Of a stretch of DNA of 64,000 nt, positions 51,036 to 62,100 are shown in pieces. Made by a program: the position numbers and the translations under genes. Position 1 is the first letter of the stretch; each line of letters starts with the position of its first letter. Origin of the DNA: Cenococcum geophilum (taxonomy: Eukaryota); assembly GCA_050273025.1 (NCBI GenBank), contig CP158635.1:8122001-8186000 (forward strand), written 5' to 3'. The notes beneath the pieces were generated by a model. The model had not been told where the DNA came from. It saw nothing but the letters and a program-made list of their open reading frames with translations, and searched no databases.

Positions 51036-51272
51036 TGTTACGGCACTGGCAGAACTTGGCAGAACTTGGCAGAACTACGCACCGGCAAGTTGCCACAGAT
51101 TGCCGCATATTGCGGTCACGTGACGCGAAGATCTTATAAAACATCGAACGGCGCTGCTCTTCTTCTCCTTTCCTTTCCCTAGCTTTAGATTCTCGTTTAT
51201 AGACAATCCAATCGTACAGGCTTGCGCGTCCCTTTTGCCGTGCCCATGCCTCGATTGACTGAGTCGCTAACA
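51036..51272 (+). mobile_element. Solo LTR of the Gypsy-1 family (237 bp)
   Basis: Aligns with LTRs 1053-1279 and 6806-7032, with one extra 10-bp GGCAGAACTT unit. TSD GATTT (51031-35, 51273-77). Confidence 0.95.
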
Positions 51273-51798
51273 GATTTAAGGTTCTTGATAATCTTTACTT
51301 GCTCTTTCTTGTAAAACAGCTAAGCTGCATAAGCATGCTTACCGGTGATATCTAACGGTAATTAAACTAATTTAGCACTGGATGTCGCTACTGCAAGTAG
51401 GGAGGGCGGCCGACCCGCTCCGGCCACACCCTTGTAGGTGTTGTAGCAGGTGGTTCTCCGGAAAAACCGGTCTATTCCCGTGCGGTCGCTAGCGAAATCG
51501 GCTTCTTATGAAGGTTTCGCCCGAAATGGCTAGCGCTGCGGCCAAACCCTGGTAAGAAGGTCTGGGGTAGGGCATCCACGACAATCCACGCTGGAGCTTG
51601 GGCCACAAGCGGGCGTGTCTGTCCCTCGGGACGATCATAGAGCTGAGAAGCACCATAATAAAGGACGCGCTTTTGTTCTGTAAGTTACGAGCACCACGAT
51701 CGTACTCAACTAGCAAAGATGTCTGAAATGCAAAGCTAATATTCTACTAGTACTTCCATATTAGATGAACGTTCTTCTCGGACGTCTACCGCTGTCTC

Positions 51799-54700
51799 AT
51801 GAGCGACAGCCTTGCCGACGCCGCGATGGCGCATCCTCCTCGAACACACGAAGATTACCAAATCGGAGTCATATGCGCCTTGGCAACTGAGAAGGCCGCT
51901 ATGGTAGCGATGCTGGACGAAACTTACCCTAAATTAAAGAAGGAAAACGGCGATGAGAACGAATACACACTAGGTAGAATTGGGGTTCACAATGTCGTTA
52001 TTGCTTGCCTCCCAGCTGGCTTAATGGGAAATGGTCCTGCCGCTATTGTCGCAAACAATATGCGACGAAGCTTCCCAATCAAATTCGGCCTTATGGTCGG
52101 CGTTGGTGGTGGTGTTTGGAGCAAGAAAGATGATATTCGTCTTGGAGATGTCGTTGTCAGTCAACCCACAGGGGCTCATGGTGGGGTGGTGCAGTGGGAT
52201 TTTGGAAAGACGGGAAAAGGCGGGAAATTTCAGCGGACTGGCTCCCTGGATAAACCACCACCGGTGTTACTGCACGCGTTGCAGGAGTTGAGGACGTTTG
52301 ATCTTACAGACGGTGTTGATATTGTAGGGTCTCTTTCGTTCATGGTTCGGAACAAGCCGCGAATGGGCCGGACCTATCGATATCAAGGGGAAGATCATGA
52401 CCAGCTGTTCGAGGCCACCTATGACCACGAAGGTGACGAGACGTGCGATGAGTGCGACCCTAAGTTGATTGTGCAGAGACCGGCCCGCGAAGACTCTACT
52501 CCCAGGATACACTACGGGAACATCGCATCTGGGAACGAGGTGATGAAGCATGGTACTACTCGAGATAAAATAGCTAAGGAAGAAGGCGTAGTTTGTTTCG
52601 AGATGGAGGCAGCTGGACTGATAGACAATTTTCGGTGTCTTATGATCAGAGGAATTTGTGACTATGCGGATTCGCACAAGAACAAAATATGGCAACCTTA
52701 TGCTGCGGCCACAGCGGCAGCATTCGCTAGAGCGCTTCTTGGTTTTATCGATGAACAGGAAGTGATCAAGACGCCTCGTGAGTACATTCTTCTGCTAAAT
52801 ATCAATCTACATGTGGCATATCTTGTGTTTTCAAGATTGTATTCTCTAAAGAAAATAGTGTCATTGCCATCCTTTGTGAAGATGTGAGATATTCAGCACA
52901 TGTCATGCATTTTGTGACGTAACTTCTGTGTATTATAACTAATTCTAAGTTAGTACCTCTAAAACCACTCAGGGTGCTACCTTTTGGTCGCAACAAAGAT
53001 TTCGTTGGCCGCCAGTCTCAGTTAGATCGGCTGATCAATATTTTATATACTGAGGATACCCAGGAAGACTGTCAACGTGTAGCTCTAGTAGGCCTTGGTG
53101 GCGTTGGGAAGACCCAAATTGCCTTAGAGTGCGCCTTTAGGCTCCAAAAGATTCTTCCAGTGCTCTCCGTGTTTTGGGTCCGGGCTAGTGACACAACGAG
53201 TTTCGATAATGCGTTTCGCGAAATTGGGCAGCAACTCAAGATTCCCGGACTTGAGGACGATAAAGCAGACGTCAAAATATTAGTCAAGACTAAGTTGTCC
53301 CAAGAAAGCACAGGGAAATGGCTTATGATTATGGACAACGCGGATGACTTCGAAATATTCTATCACAATGACAACAAAGACAGCGGATCCGGTGCATTAT
53401 CTGAGTATCTTCCTTTCAGTCCTCTGGGCGCGATTCTCTACACGACTCGGGATCGTGAGGCTGCTACAAGATACGCTGGCTCAAATGTGATTGATATAGA
53501 CGAGATGGACGATGAAGAATCCAGGAAGCTCCTTGAACGAAGTCTTCAAAACAAACAACTCATCGAAGATAAGGACGGTACAATCAAACTACTGAAATTA
53601 CTTGTCAATCTTCCACTTGCAATAATGCAAGTGGCCGCATACTTAAACGCCAAGAGTAGCACCATCGCTGAGTATCTCAGAATCTATGAAGAGAGCAGTG
53701 ATAATGTTATCAAGTTGTTAGGCAAGGACTTCGAGGATATAAGGAGATATCCGGGTATGAAGAACCCAGTTGCTACGACCTGGCTTATTTCCTTCGAGCA
53801 AATCCGAATCCGAGATCCTTTAGCAGCGGACTATATGGCCTTTATTTCTTGTATCAAAGGGCAAGATATTCCCTTGGACCTGTTGCCTCTAGCTTCTAAA
53901 TTCGATAAGACAGAGGCACTTGGCACCTTAAAAGCCTTTGGGTTTATTAAAGAACGCCTCAGCGGGATATCATATGATATGCATCGATTGGTTCATACGG
54001 CAATGCAAAATTGGTTAAAGCTTAAGGACGATTTAAGAAATTGGAACCAGAAGGCTTTACAGCAAATAAACGACATTTTTCCATGGCCGAAGCATGAAAA
54101 CAGGGCTGTATGGATGAAATACCTTCCTCACACGGAGACTATTATTACTTCTATAGACCTTTTAGGTGGAGTAGAGCTACCGCCGATGTTGCTACTTAAA
54201 TTAGCAGAATGCTATCGTATTGCAGGCAACTATTCAAAAGCCGAGCTGCTAGGCCGGCAGACGCTGCAGCTTAAGGAGAAGGTGCTCGGGAAGGAGCACC
54301 CAGACACGCTCGGGATCATAATGGGCGTTGCATCATCGCTCTGCCAGCAAGGGAAGTTCGTAGAGGCCGAGGTCCTACACCAACAGACGCTGCAGCTTAA
54401 GGAGAAGGTGCTCGGGAAAGAGCACCCAGACACGCTTGCGAGCATGATGGGCCTTGCATCATCACTCTACCAGCAAGGGAAGCTCGTGGAGGCCGAGGGC
54501 ATATACCAACAGACGCTACAGCTTAAGGAGAGGGTGCTCGGGAAAGAGCACCCAGACACGCTTGCGAGCATGATGGGCCTTGCATCATCGCTCCGTTCGC
54601 AAGGGAGGCCCGCAGAGGCCGAGGCCCTACACCGGCAGACGCTGCAGCTTAAGGAGAAGGTGCTCGGGAAAGAGCACCCAGACACACTCGCGAGCATGAT

Positions 54701-55733
54701 GGGCCTTACAATATCGCTTAACCATCAAGGGAAGTTCGTAGAGGCCGAGGCCCTAGGCCGGCAGGCGCTGCAGCTTAAGGGGAAGGTGCTCGGGAAAGAG
54801 CACCCAGACACGCTCGGGAGCATAAATAACCTTGCATCATCTCTCTACCAGCAAGGGAAGTTCGTAGAGGCCGAGGCCCTACACCGGCAGGCGCTGCAGC
54901 TTAAGGAGAAGGTGCTCGGGAAAGAGCACCCAGACACGCTCGGGAGCATAAATAACCTTGCATCATCTCTCTACCAGCAAGGGAAGTTCGTAGAGGCTGA
55001 GGCCCTACACCGGCAGGCGCTGCAGCTCAGGGAGAAAGTACTCGGGGAAGAGCACCCAGACACCCTCGCGAGCATGATGAGCCTTGCATCACCACTCCAC
55101 CAGCAAGGGAAGTTCGTAGAGGCCGAGGCCCTAGACCGGCAGGCGCTGCAGCTTAAGGAGAAGGTGCTCGGGAAGGAGCACCCAGACACGCTCGCAAGCA
55201 TGATGGGCCTTGCATCATCGCTCCGTTCGCAAGGGAAGTTTATAGAGGCCGAGGCCCTAGACCGGCAGACGCTGCAGCTTAAGGAGAAGGTGCTCGGGGA
55301 AAAGCACCCAGACACGCTCACGAGCATAAATAACCTTGCATTATCTCTCTACCTGCAAGGGAAGTTTATAGAGGCCAAGGCCCTACACCGGCAGACGCTG
55401 CAGCTTAGGGAGAAAGTACTCGGGAAAGAGCACCTAGACACCCTCGCGAGTATAAATAACCTTGCATTATCGCTCCGTTTGCAAGGGAAGTTCGCAGAGG
55501 CCGAGGCCCTAGACCGACAGACGCTGCAGCTTAAGGAGAAGGTGCTCGGGAAAGAGCACCTAGACACGCTCGGGAGTATAAATAACCTTGCATCATCTCT
55601 CTACCAGCAAGGGAAGTTCGTAAAGGCCGAGGCCCTACACCGGCAGGCGCTGCAGCTTAGGGAGAAAGCACTTGGGAAAGAGCACCTAGATACCCTCGCG
55701 AGCGTAATAAGCCTTATATTACTACTCTACTAG
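51799..55733 (+). CDS. Fungal NLR (STAND) immune receptor: PNP_UDP_1 effector + NB-ARC + TPR repeats (exons 51799-52777, 52954-55733; ~1252 aa), C-terminus shortened by a RIP-type stop
   Basis: PNP_UDP motifs IGVICAL, GLMVGVGGG, DIRLGDVVVS, FEMEAAG and IRGICDYADSHKNKxWQxYAA. A phase-1 intron GTGAGT...TTAG restores frame. P-loop GLGGVGKT, Walker B WLMIMDNAD, MHRLVH, and 12 highly similar 42-aa TPRs (LGKEHPDTL). Confidence 0.92.
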
Positions 55734-56230
55734 TAATAGAAGTTTATAGAGGCTAAGGCCCTAAACCGGCAGGCGCTATAGCTTAGAGAGAAAGTACTTA
55801 GGAAAGAGTACCTAGATACCCTCGCGAGTATAAATAACCTTATATTATCTCTTTATTAGTAAGGGAAGTTTATAAAATCCGAGTCTCTATACTGGTAGAC
55901 TTTATAGCTTAAAAAGAAGGTGCTTAGGAAAGAGTACCTAGATACGCTTAGGAGTATAAATAACTTTATATTATCTCTCTATTAGTAAGGGAAGTTTATA
56001 GAAGCTAAATCTCTACTAGCAGACTCTGCAGCTTAGGGAGAAGGTACTTAGAAAAGAGTACTTAAATACGCTTATAAGTATAAATAACCTTATAATATCT
56101 CTTTATTAGTAAAGGAAGTTTATAAAGGCTAAGGTTCTATACTAGTAGATACTATAGCTTAAGAAGAAGGACCTAATAGAGCTTAAATAACCTTACACCA
56201 TTGCTTTACTAGTAAGGGAAGTTTATAGGG
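54236..56230 (+). repeat. 126-bp tandem TPR-coding array: 12 units in frame plus 3-4 RIP-destroyed units after the stop
   Basis: The unit recurs every 126 bp. Units beyond 55733 keep the pattern but with CAG>TAG, CAA>TAA and ATG>ATA changes. Confidence 0.93.
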
Positions 56231-56745
56231 GCCTTAAGAGTATTAGCGGTTTTATATTTAGGGAGACTTTTTATTAAACGCAAAATAGGGTTATAAAAGA
56301 AGGACTTATATATAGATTAAACTATAAAGAAAAGAGACTATTTATATATAAAATGGTGGCGAAGGTTAACGTTAACAATAACAACTGTTGCGTCATTGCC
56401 ACCTTAATTAACACTTTTATATATAATATATTATTTTCTTTATAAATCTATTTTATAGAGGGCTAAGGGGAATATACCTTTATAGAGTTTAAAACTGCTA
56501 CCTAATTTCTAGTATTATTATAATAATTGTGCACTATTTACGTAATAAGTAGCGAGATATTTACCTTAGGAGTTACTCGGTTACAATATGGAGGTTTTAG
56601 ATTTAGTTTATAATCTATTAATTTGGAGTAATTTTGTCTATATAGTTACCGCTTATAAAACGCTAGAATATTAGCAACTTTATTATATATAGCTTCTAAA
56701 ATAGAGCTTTTGGCGTTATTTTAATATAGAGCTTAAAACTCTATA

Positions 56746-56865
56746 ACGTATATAATAGGGTTATAAAGGTAACCTTAGTTATAACTAATTTAAAAATTAA
56801 AAATTGCTAAACTATTAATTTAGTAATAAATAATTAGTAAAAGTCATTATAAGTTATTACATTAT
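56746..56865. mobile_element. Heavily RIPed one-ended fragment of the pogo family seen at 31664
   Basis: TA-ACGTATATAATAGGGTTATAAAGGTAACCTTAGTTATAACTAATTT aligns with the 31664 TIR and subterminal sequence. No right end found. Confidence 0.65.
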
Positions 56866-57353
56866 TAGTAAAAAGTCTTAAAGCTATAAATATATATATA
56901 ATAGAGTCTATATAAAGTTCAATTTTTAATATTTTAGTTAGAGCTATTAGTGGAAAGTAACTAGACTATAGAGGTCCCTAATAAAAGTTTTTATATCTTT
57001 CTAATTAGGAAGTTTTAGAAATAATAATACTTATTTTTACTTATTATATTTTTATATTATATCTTATTAAGTATAAATTAAAAATCTAATAAGAATTTTT
57101 TATTATATATATAGTATTAGGCTAGTGAATTAATCTTTAAAGTTTGCGTGCCTTAATATATACTAGGCAGACTTTAGTATACGCTATATAGGCTATAAAA
57201 TATACACCTATGCTTACGTATACGTTAGTATAAAACTATTAGGGACCTTTATAACGTTATAGGCTTTTATATAAGGTTTGGCGCTTTTATAAAGACTTAC
57301 TATTTATTAGGCTATTAAAGTATAATAGAACTAGCCTAGTTACAATAGGAACG

Positions 57354-59193
57354 TATTAGTGAAACACTTAACAGACGAATTCTAACACTTTGTCCAAATT
57401 CTGCCAAATTCTACTAGCTTAATTAACTTCTGCTAAGTTCTACCAGATCTATTAAATTTTACTAAAGTCTGTTAAAGACTGCGTGTATATATACGCACGC
57501 ATTAACCACTAAGCCCCTAACTATTTAATTATATAATTCTCTTATTATTCCTTTCTCTTCTTTACGTAATATCTTGTTTTTAGCGAGAGCTATATACCCT
57601 TAGATTTAGATAAAATTTATATTATTCCTTTAAATCTTTCCTAAAGTCTCTTCGCGCCCTTATATTATATTATATTAAAATAATTACTATTAAAATAGTA
57701 AACGAACTTAAACCTACCGCGTTAACTATAAGCATTATAGCCCTAGTTAGGGAACAGTTAACTATAATATAACAGTCCTTTATGGATGCTTTGGCCTAAC
57801 AGTAAGCGATATTAAAAGTTTAGCACTAGTAATTAATAGAAGTAATCTATAAAGAACTCCGTAACCTTAAAGCACTTATATTAAAGACCTTAATAGTAAT
57901 ACCTATAAATAAAATTAAAATAACTATATATAAACCCGGCCCATTAAATATAAACCCTAAACTAGTAATAGTAGCTTAACCTATACTTATAACGAACCTA
58001 ATACCTACTATAAAATTTAAAAAGCTCCCTAACCCTCTAATATTTAATAGAAATTAAAATAACCTACGTCCCTTTATAACTAAGCTCCGTCTTAAACTTT
58101 TAATAAACTATAATTAATGTTCTACTAAAGCTAGCAAGATTAGCTATAAAATATCTTATTTAAATAAAGACGCTATATAAACTATAGACTTATTCTTCCG
58201 TAATAGCACCTTTATTAATTTTAAAATCTTTATCTCTCTACTATAATAAATATATAATAACGCCAGCTATAAATATATAGCTATTACTAAACTTAAAAAC
58301 CTATAATAACGGAACCGAGACTTTACTAGCTTCTTTTTGGAAATTTTAGGCCTTATTAGTAAACTAGATTAGAATAAAGCCGCTAGAGTTACTGCTCTCT
58401 ATTAAGCTATTTTAGATAAAATTAAAGTATAGTTAGTAGGTAGAGAACTACTAAAGGACTTACCTAAATTTGCTATAATATATTAACAAATTAATAAGGA
58501 CCTTTAATATAACAAATAGACTTATTTCCTAAAGCTAACTATACCTTACATTTAAAACTTTATAAAACCGGTATATACCCTAAAGCGCGATCCGTCTTTA
58601 AAACTAAAAAGCCCTATATACGACCCTATAGACCTTAACACTACTTAATCCTATATACCCTTAGGAATTAATAAATAAAGAATACAAGCTGTAAATAGAG
58701 AATGCTTTAGATATAGAAAAAAGGGATATATTTAAAGAAATTACTAAACTTACCCTTTTAAAAAAGTCTAACGTAGTTTTTCTTAGTCTTTAAATTATAC
58801 TTATTCTATAAATTATACTTAGTCGCTATAAAGTATTTTACTTTTAGTTAATTTAGAAAACAAATCGTCTTAAGGCTAAGTTATGCCTTAAGATAAAAAG
58901 TAGAAGAGTATAAGTATCTAGGCTCTTTTAGCGCTAATATATAATATAACTCCCTTAATATACTTAGCAAAATTTAAATACTTAGAAAATAGAAAAAAGT
59001 ATAAATCCTTATAAATAGTAGAGCTATTAGTATAGGCTTTATTAATATAAACTATGTAAAAACTTAACGCTTAAATTTAAAGAAACTTAATAAGCCCTAA
59101 GGCCTATAAGGCTTTAATAGTAAGCCTTTAATATATAGTAAATTAACGTACTACGCTCTTATAAAGATATAAATAGGCAAATACCTTAAATAT
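57354..59193 (+). mobile_element. 5' part of a heavily RIPed Ty3/gypsy element (Gypsy-4: LTR, gag, protease), interrupted by Copia-B
   Basis: Gag-like KLPxPxxFxG..LRPFxTKLRLKL (~58020-58100), knuckle remnant near 58700, protease-like L(I/V)(N/D)S(R/G)A near 59010. LTR start approximate. Confidence 0.65.
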
Positions 59194-62100
59194 TGTTGGT
59201 CACATAGGGTGACTCACCAATAACGACTACTCGAGTAGGTTACAGTGATGTTGGTTAATAAAGCTTATTAATTAGAAAAGAGGAAGGGCGAGGAGCTTAA
59301 GGCTCCTCGCCACGCTAGTGCCGCGGCGACACGTAATGGTAACTTGCCATCACGTGACGGCAATTTGCCGTATATAACGGCAAATTACCTTATTCCCGAC
59401 ACTAGCAACTCTTCTTTTATAGTTGCCCTCTATATATAAATACTACTTAACTATTATAACAAATATAGATCCTCCTTACTTACTATTACTATTATAATAT
59501 AAGTCTCGCTGTCCCAAAATTTACCTCTTAGCACGTGGTGCTTTCTTACTAAGGAGTTATAGGTAGACATCGTGTTAGGGCCGTTAGGGCCGCCAAGGCG
59601 CTAGCTATAAGCAAGCTAATAGCAATTTTCTATACCAGGTATAGAAAATCCTAATTGGCTAGTTAAAATCAGGGTTTATAAAGCGTTATACTCTTACTCC
59701 CTTTTAACCCAACCTTTAACTTATATACGTAAAGTATTTATGTTAATAAACACTTCTAAAGCCTTATTTGGGTTTGCCTTCGTCATTACATCTACTAGGT
59801 TATCTTAACCGTTAATCTATTAAATTTTAAAGAGTTCTCACCCTTCATAGGATTAATGAAGTGCTATAATATTAATTATAAGGCGCTTCTCCTTTATAGT
59901 ACTAAGCTTAACTAAGCATTTATAAAGGGAGTATAAGTTAGTATATACGATTATAGGGATAACGGGAAGTTCAAGTCGATCTATAATTATCTTTAGGGTA
60001 GTTCTAATTGCAATTGCTATATTAACTCCGCCAACCATTTTATATATCTCTAATACTAGAACGCTTTAAGTAACGCGCTTACTCTTAGTTAAGCTCTAAT
60101 AGATAAGATTGCCGTAGATTATAAAGTTATTCTCTCTAGTAGATTCATTTGCGATAATAATCTTATATCCTAGCTAGAAGCTAAAATCTTTATTATTTAT
60201 AAATAATCTATTAACAAATATAAAGAGCTTAGCAGTAGGAAGATTAATAGGCACGTAGAGTAGTCCCTAGTTAAGATAGTTCATTTACTAGGAGAGACGC
60301 TTATTTAGGGCAAGGACGTTATCCTTAGTTAGTTCCTAGTATTAAGCGGCAACAGAGAGATTAAATAAAGCCTTAGGTTAACAAATAGAAGCGATATAAG
60401 CTCTATAAGCGCGTTACTCTATATATCCTTATTTTGGAGAATTAACGTTAATAATATTAATCTTCTTGCCTTAACCCTTCTGGCATAAAGCAATGGAATC
60501 CTTATTTAGGGAGAGGACACATCTATTAAAGAGTAATAGTGTTATTAAATTAAGCATTTCCTTTAGCTTTACTATAAGATTTGCCTTTACTAGCTCGTCT
60601 TCTTTAAGAGCTAAGAATTAGTTATCTCCTAAGATAATTATATTATTAATTTATATGCCAATAATTCTAAATAGAGTTTCCGTAGTTATAATAAGGAAGT
60701 ATAGATTAAATATAAAAGTAGTCATCAAAAGCTTCTCTTTATAGTGCTTGCTATAGGTAGCCTACCAGTAAGTTCCTACCTCTGCAATTCCATATAATGG
60801 CTTAAGCATAACCATAATTATATCTTCGGAATATTAGTGGCGAATTTACTCTAAAAGGTATACTAATATTAAGCGCTAAAGGTACGTCTCTAATTAGGTA
60901 TAGGCCTAAGTAATATCTCACAGATAGACCGCCATTTTATTCTTTATTAGGGAGAGAGCTAGTGCAACAATAACTCGCTAACTAGCTTATTAAATTATAG
61001 GAGATTATATAAGAATTACCTCCTTACTATTGTTATTATAGCCTTAAATAACAAGCCTTAATTTCTTAAATAGGGCGTTAGTAGCTTTGCCTTTAATCTC
61101 GTTAACTATTCTTAACTTAAAGATATAAACTTTATTAAACTTAGTAGGGTTATACTTCTTAAACTTAAAGACTCCTCTTGCGATAAGACCATCGATCTCT
61201 TGCTTATTAGATACTTAGAAAGGAGCTCCTAAAGTTATAATATAACCTTCCTTTTAGAGCTATTTTACAAGTTTAAAGTTAGCCTTCTCCTTAGCTGTTA
61301 TAAAGGCCATTAATAGCTTAACTCTATTCTCGATGGCAGCAATAAATTACTCTTTAAAATTAATAAGATATTAGTAATTTCGTAATCCCTTCAGGCGACC
61401 TCTACCGCATTATAGTTGCGGCGTATCTACTACAATTATATTAGGATTGTGGTCGCCTTCTAGAGCACGTTAATCGTGGCTCTCCTTTAAGGCATCTTTT
61501 ATGGTATCCTGCAAAGGCTTAGAACTATTATCTTTATAATAAGGCTTAATAACAGTTAAACGGAATTAAGTGGGTCTATAAGGCATCTAAATAGTATAAG
61601 TTTAACTATTAACTATAATAAGTTAATATAGGCCTAACCATCCTCCCTTTTTACGCTATACGCGTACCTTAGACTAAAGTGGCAGATCAAGCGTAGTTAA
61701 GGTATTTAGGCCATTTCTTATTCCTAGTGCATTATTAACCTGGCGTATAGCGTAGAGACGTTATACCTCTTTTATTGCCTTACAAATAGCCTTAGCTTAT
61801 TATATAACAGAGGGAGATAGTAAAGAATTATTAGTTATTTAAGGGTAGGCGCTAAAGACTAGCAATGTAGGTATAAGTCTATCTGGGCCAGTGGAATCGT
61901 TAATAGCTTTAACAGCTATTTACAAGGTAAGTTCTTCGCTAGCATCCTCTAGTTCTAAAGAAATAATCTTATATACGCAGTATAATAGCGTATAGTATTA
62001 TTTTACTTTTCTAACACTATTATATGCCTTAATAGGGACTTCCTTAACCTTAATTGCTATTACCTTTATCTATTATCGGAACTCCATAGATAAGAAGTTC

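Larger units (their letters stand above)
46120..51434. mobile_element. Candidate Pack-type non-autonomous Tc1/mariner element (5315 bp) carrying a host-derived gene
   Basis: Inverted termini CAAGGGTGTGGCCGG-N6-TCGGCCGCCCTCCCT(G/A)CT match at 35/39 positions. TA on both sides (46118-19, 51435-36). TIR architecture is colinear with the nested Tc1 TIR. Confidence 0.75.

Noticed and set aside
53072..55567. Minus-strand ORFs with repeated SVSGCSFPSTFSLSCS
   Set aside because: They are antisense shadows of the NLR and its TPR repeats.
46310..55733. Starship giant transposon (NLR and DUF3505-like fragment are typical cargo)
   Set aside because: No DUF3435 tyrosine-recombinase captain or Starship boundary is visible in this window. 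It cannot be excluded at larger scale.
56566..56745. Possible RIPed PIF-like left end (TTA-GGAGTTACTCGGTTACAATATGGAGG)
   Set aside because: It resembles the 14740 terminus, but it is too degraded and no right end or TSD could be confirmed.
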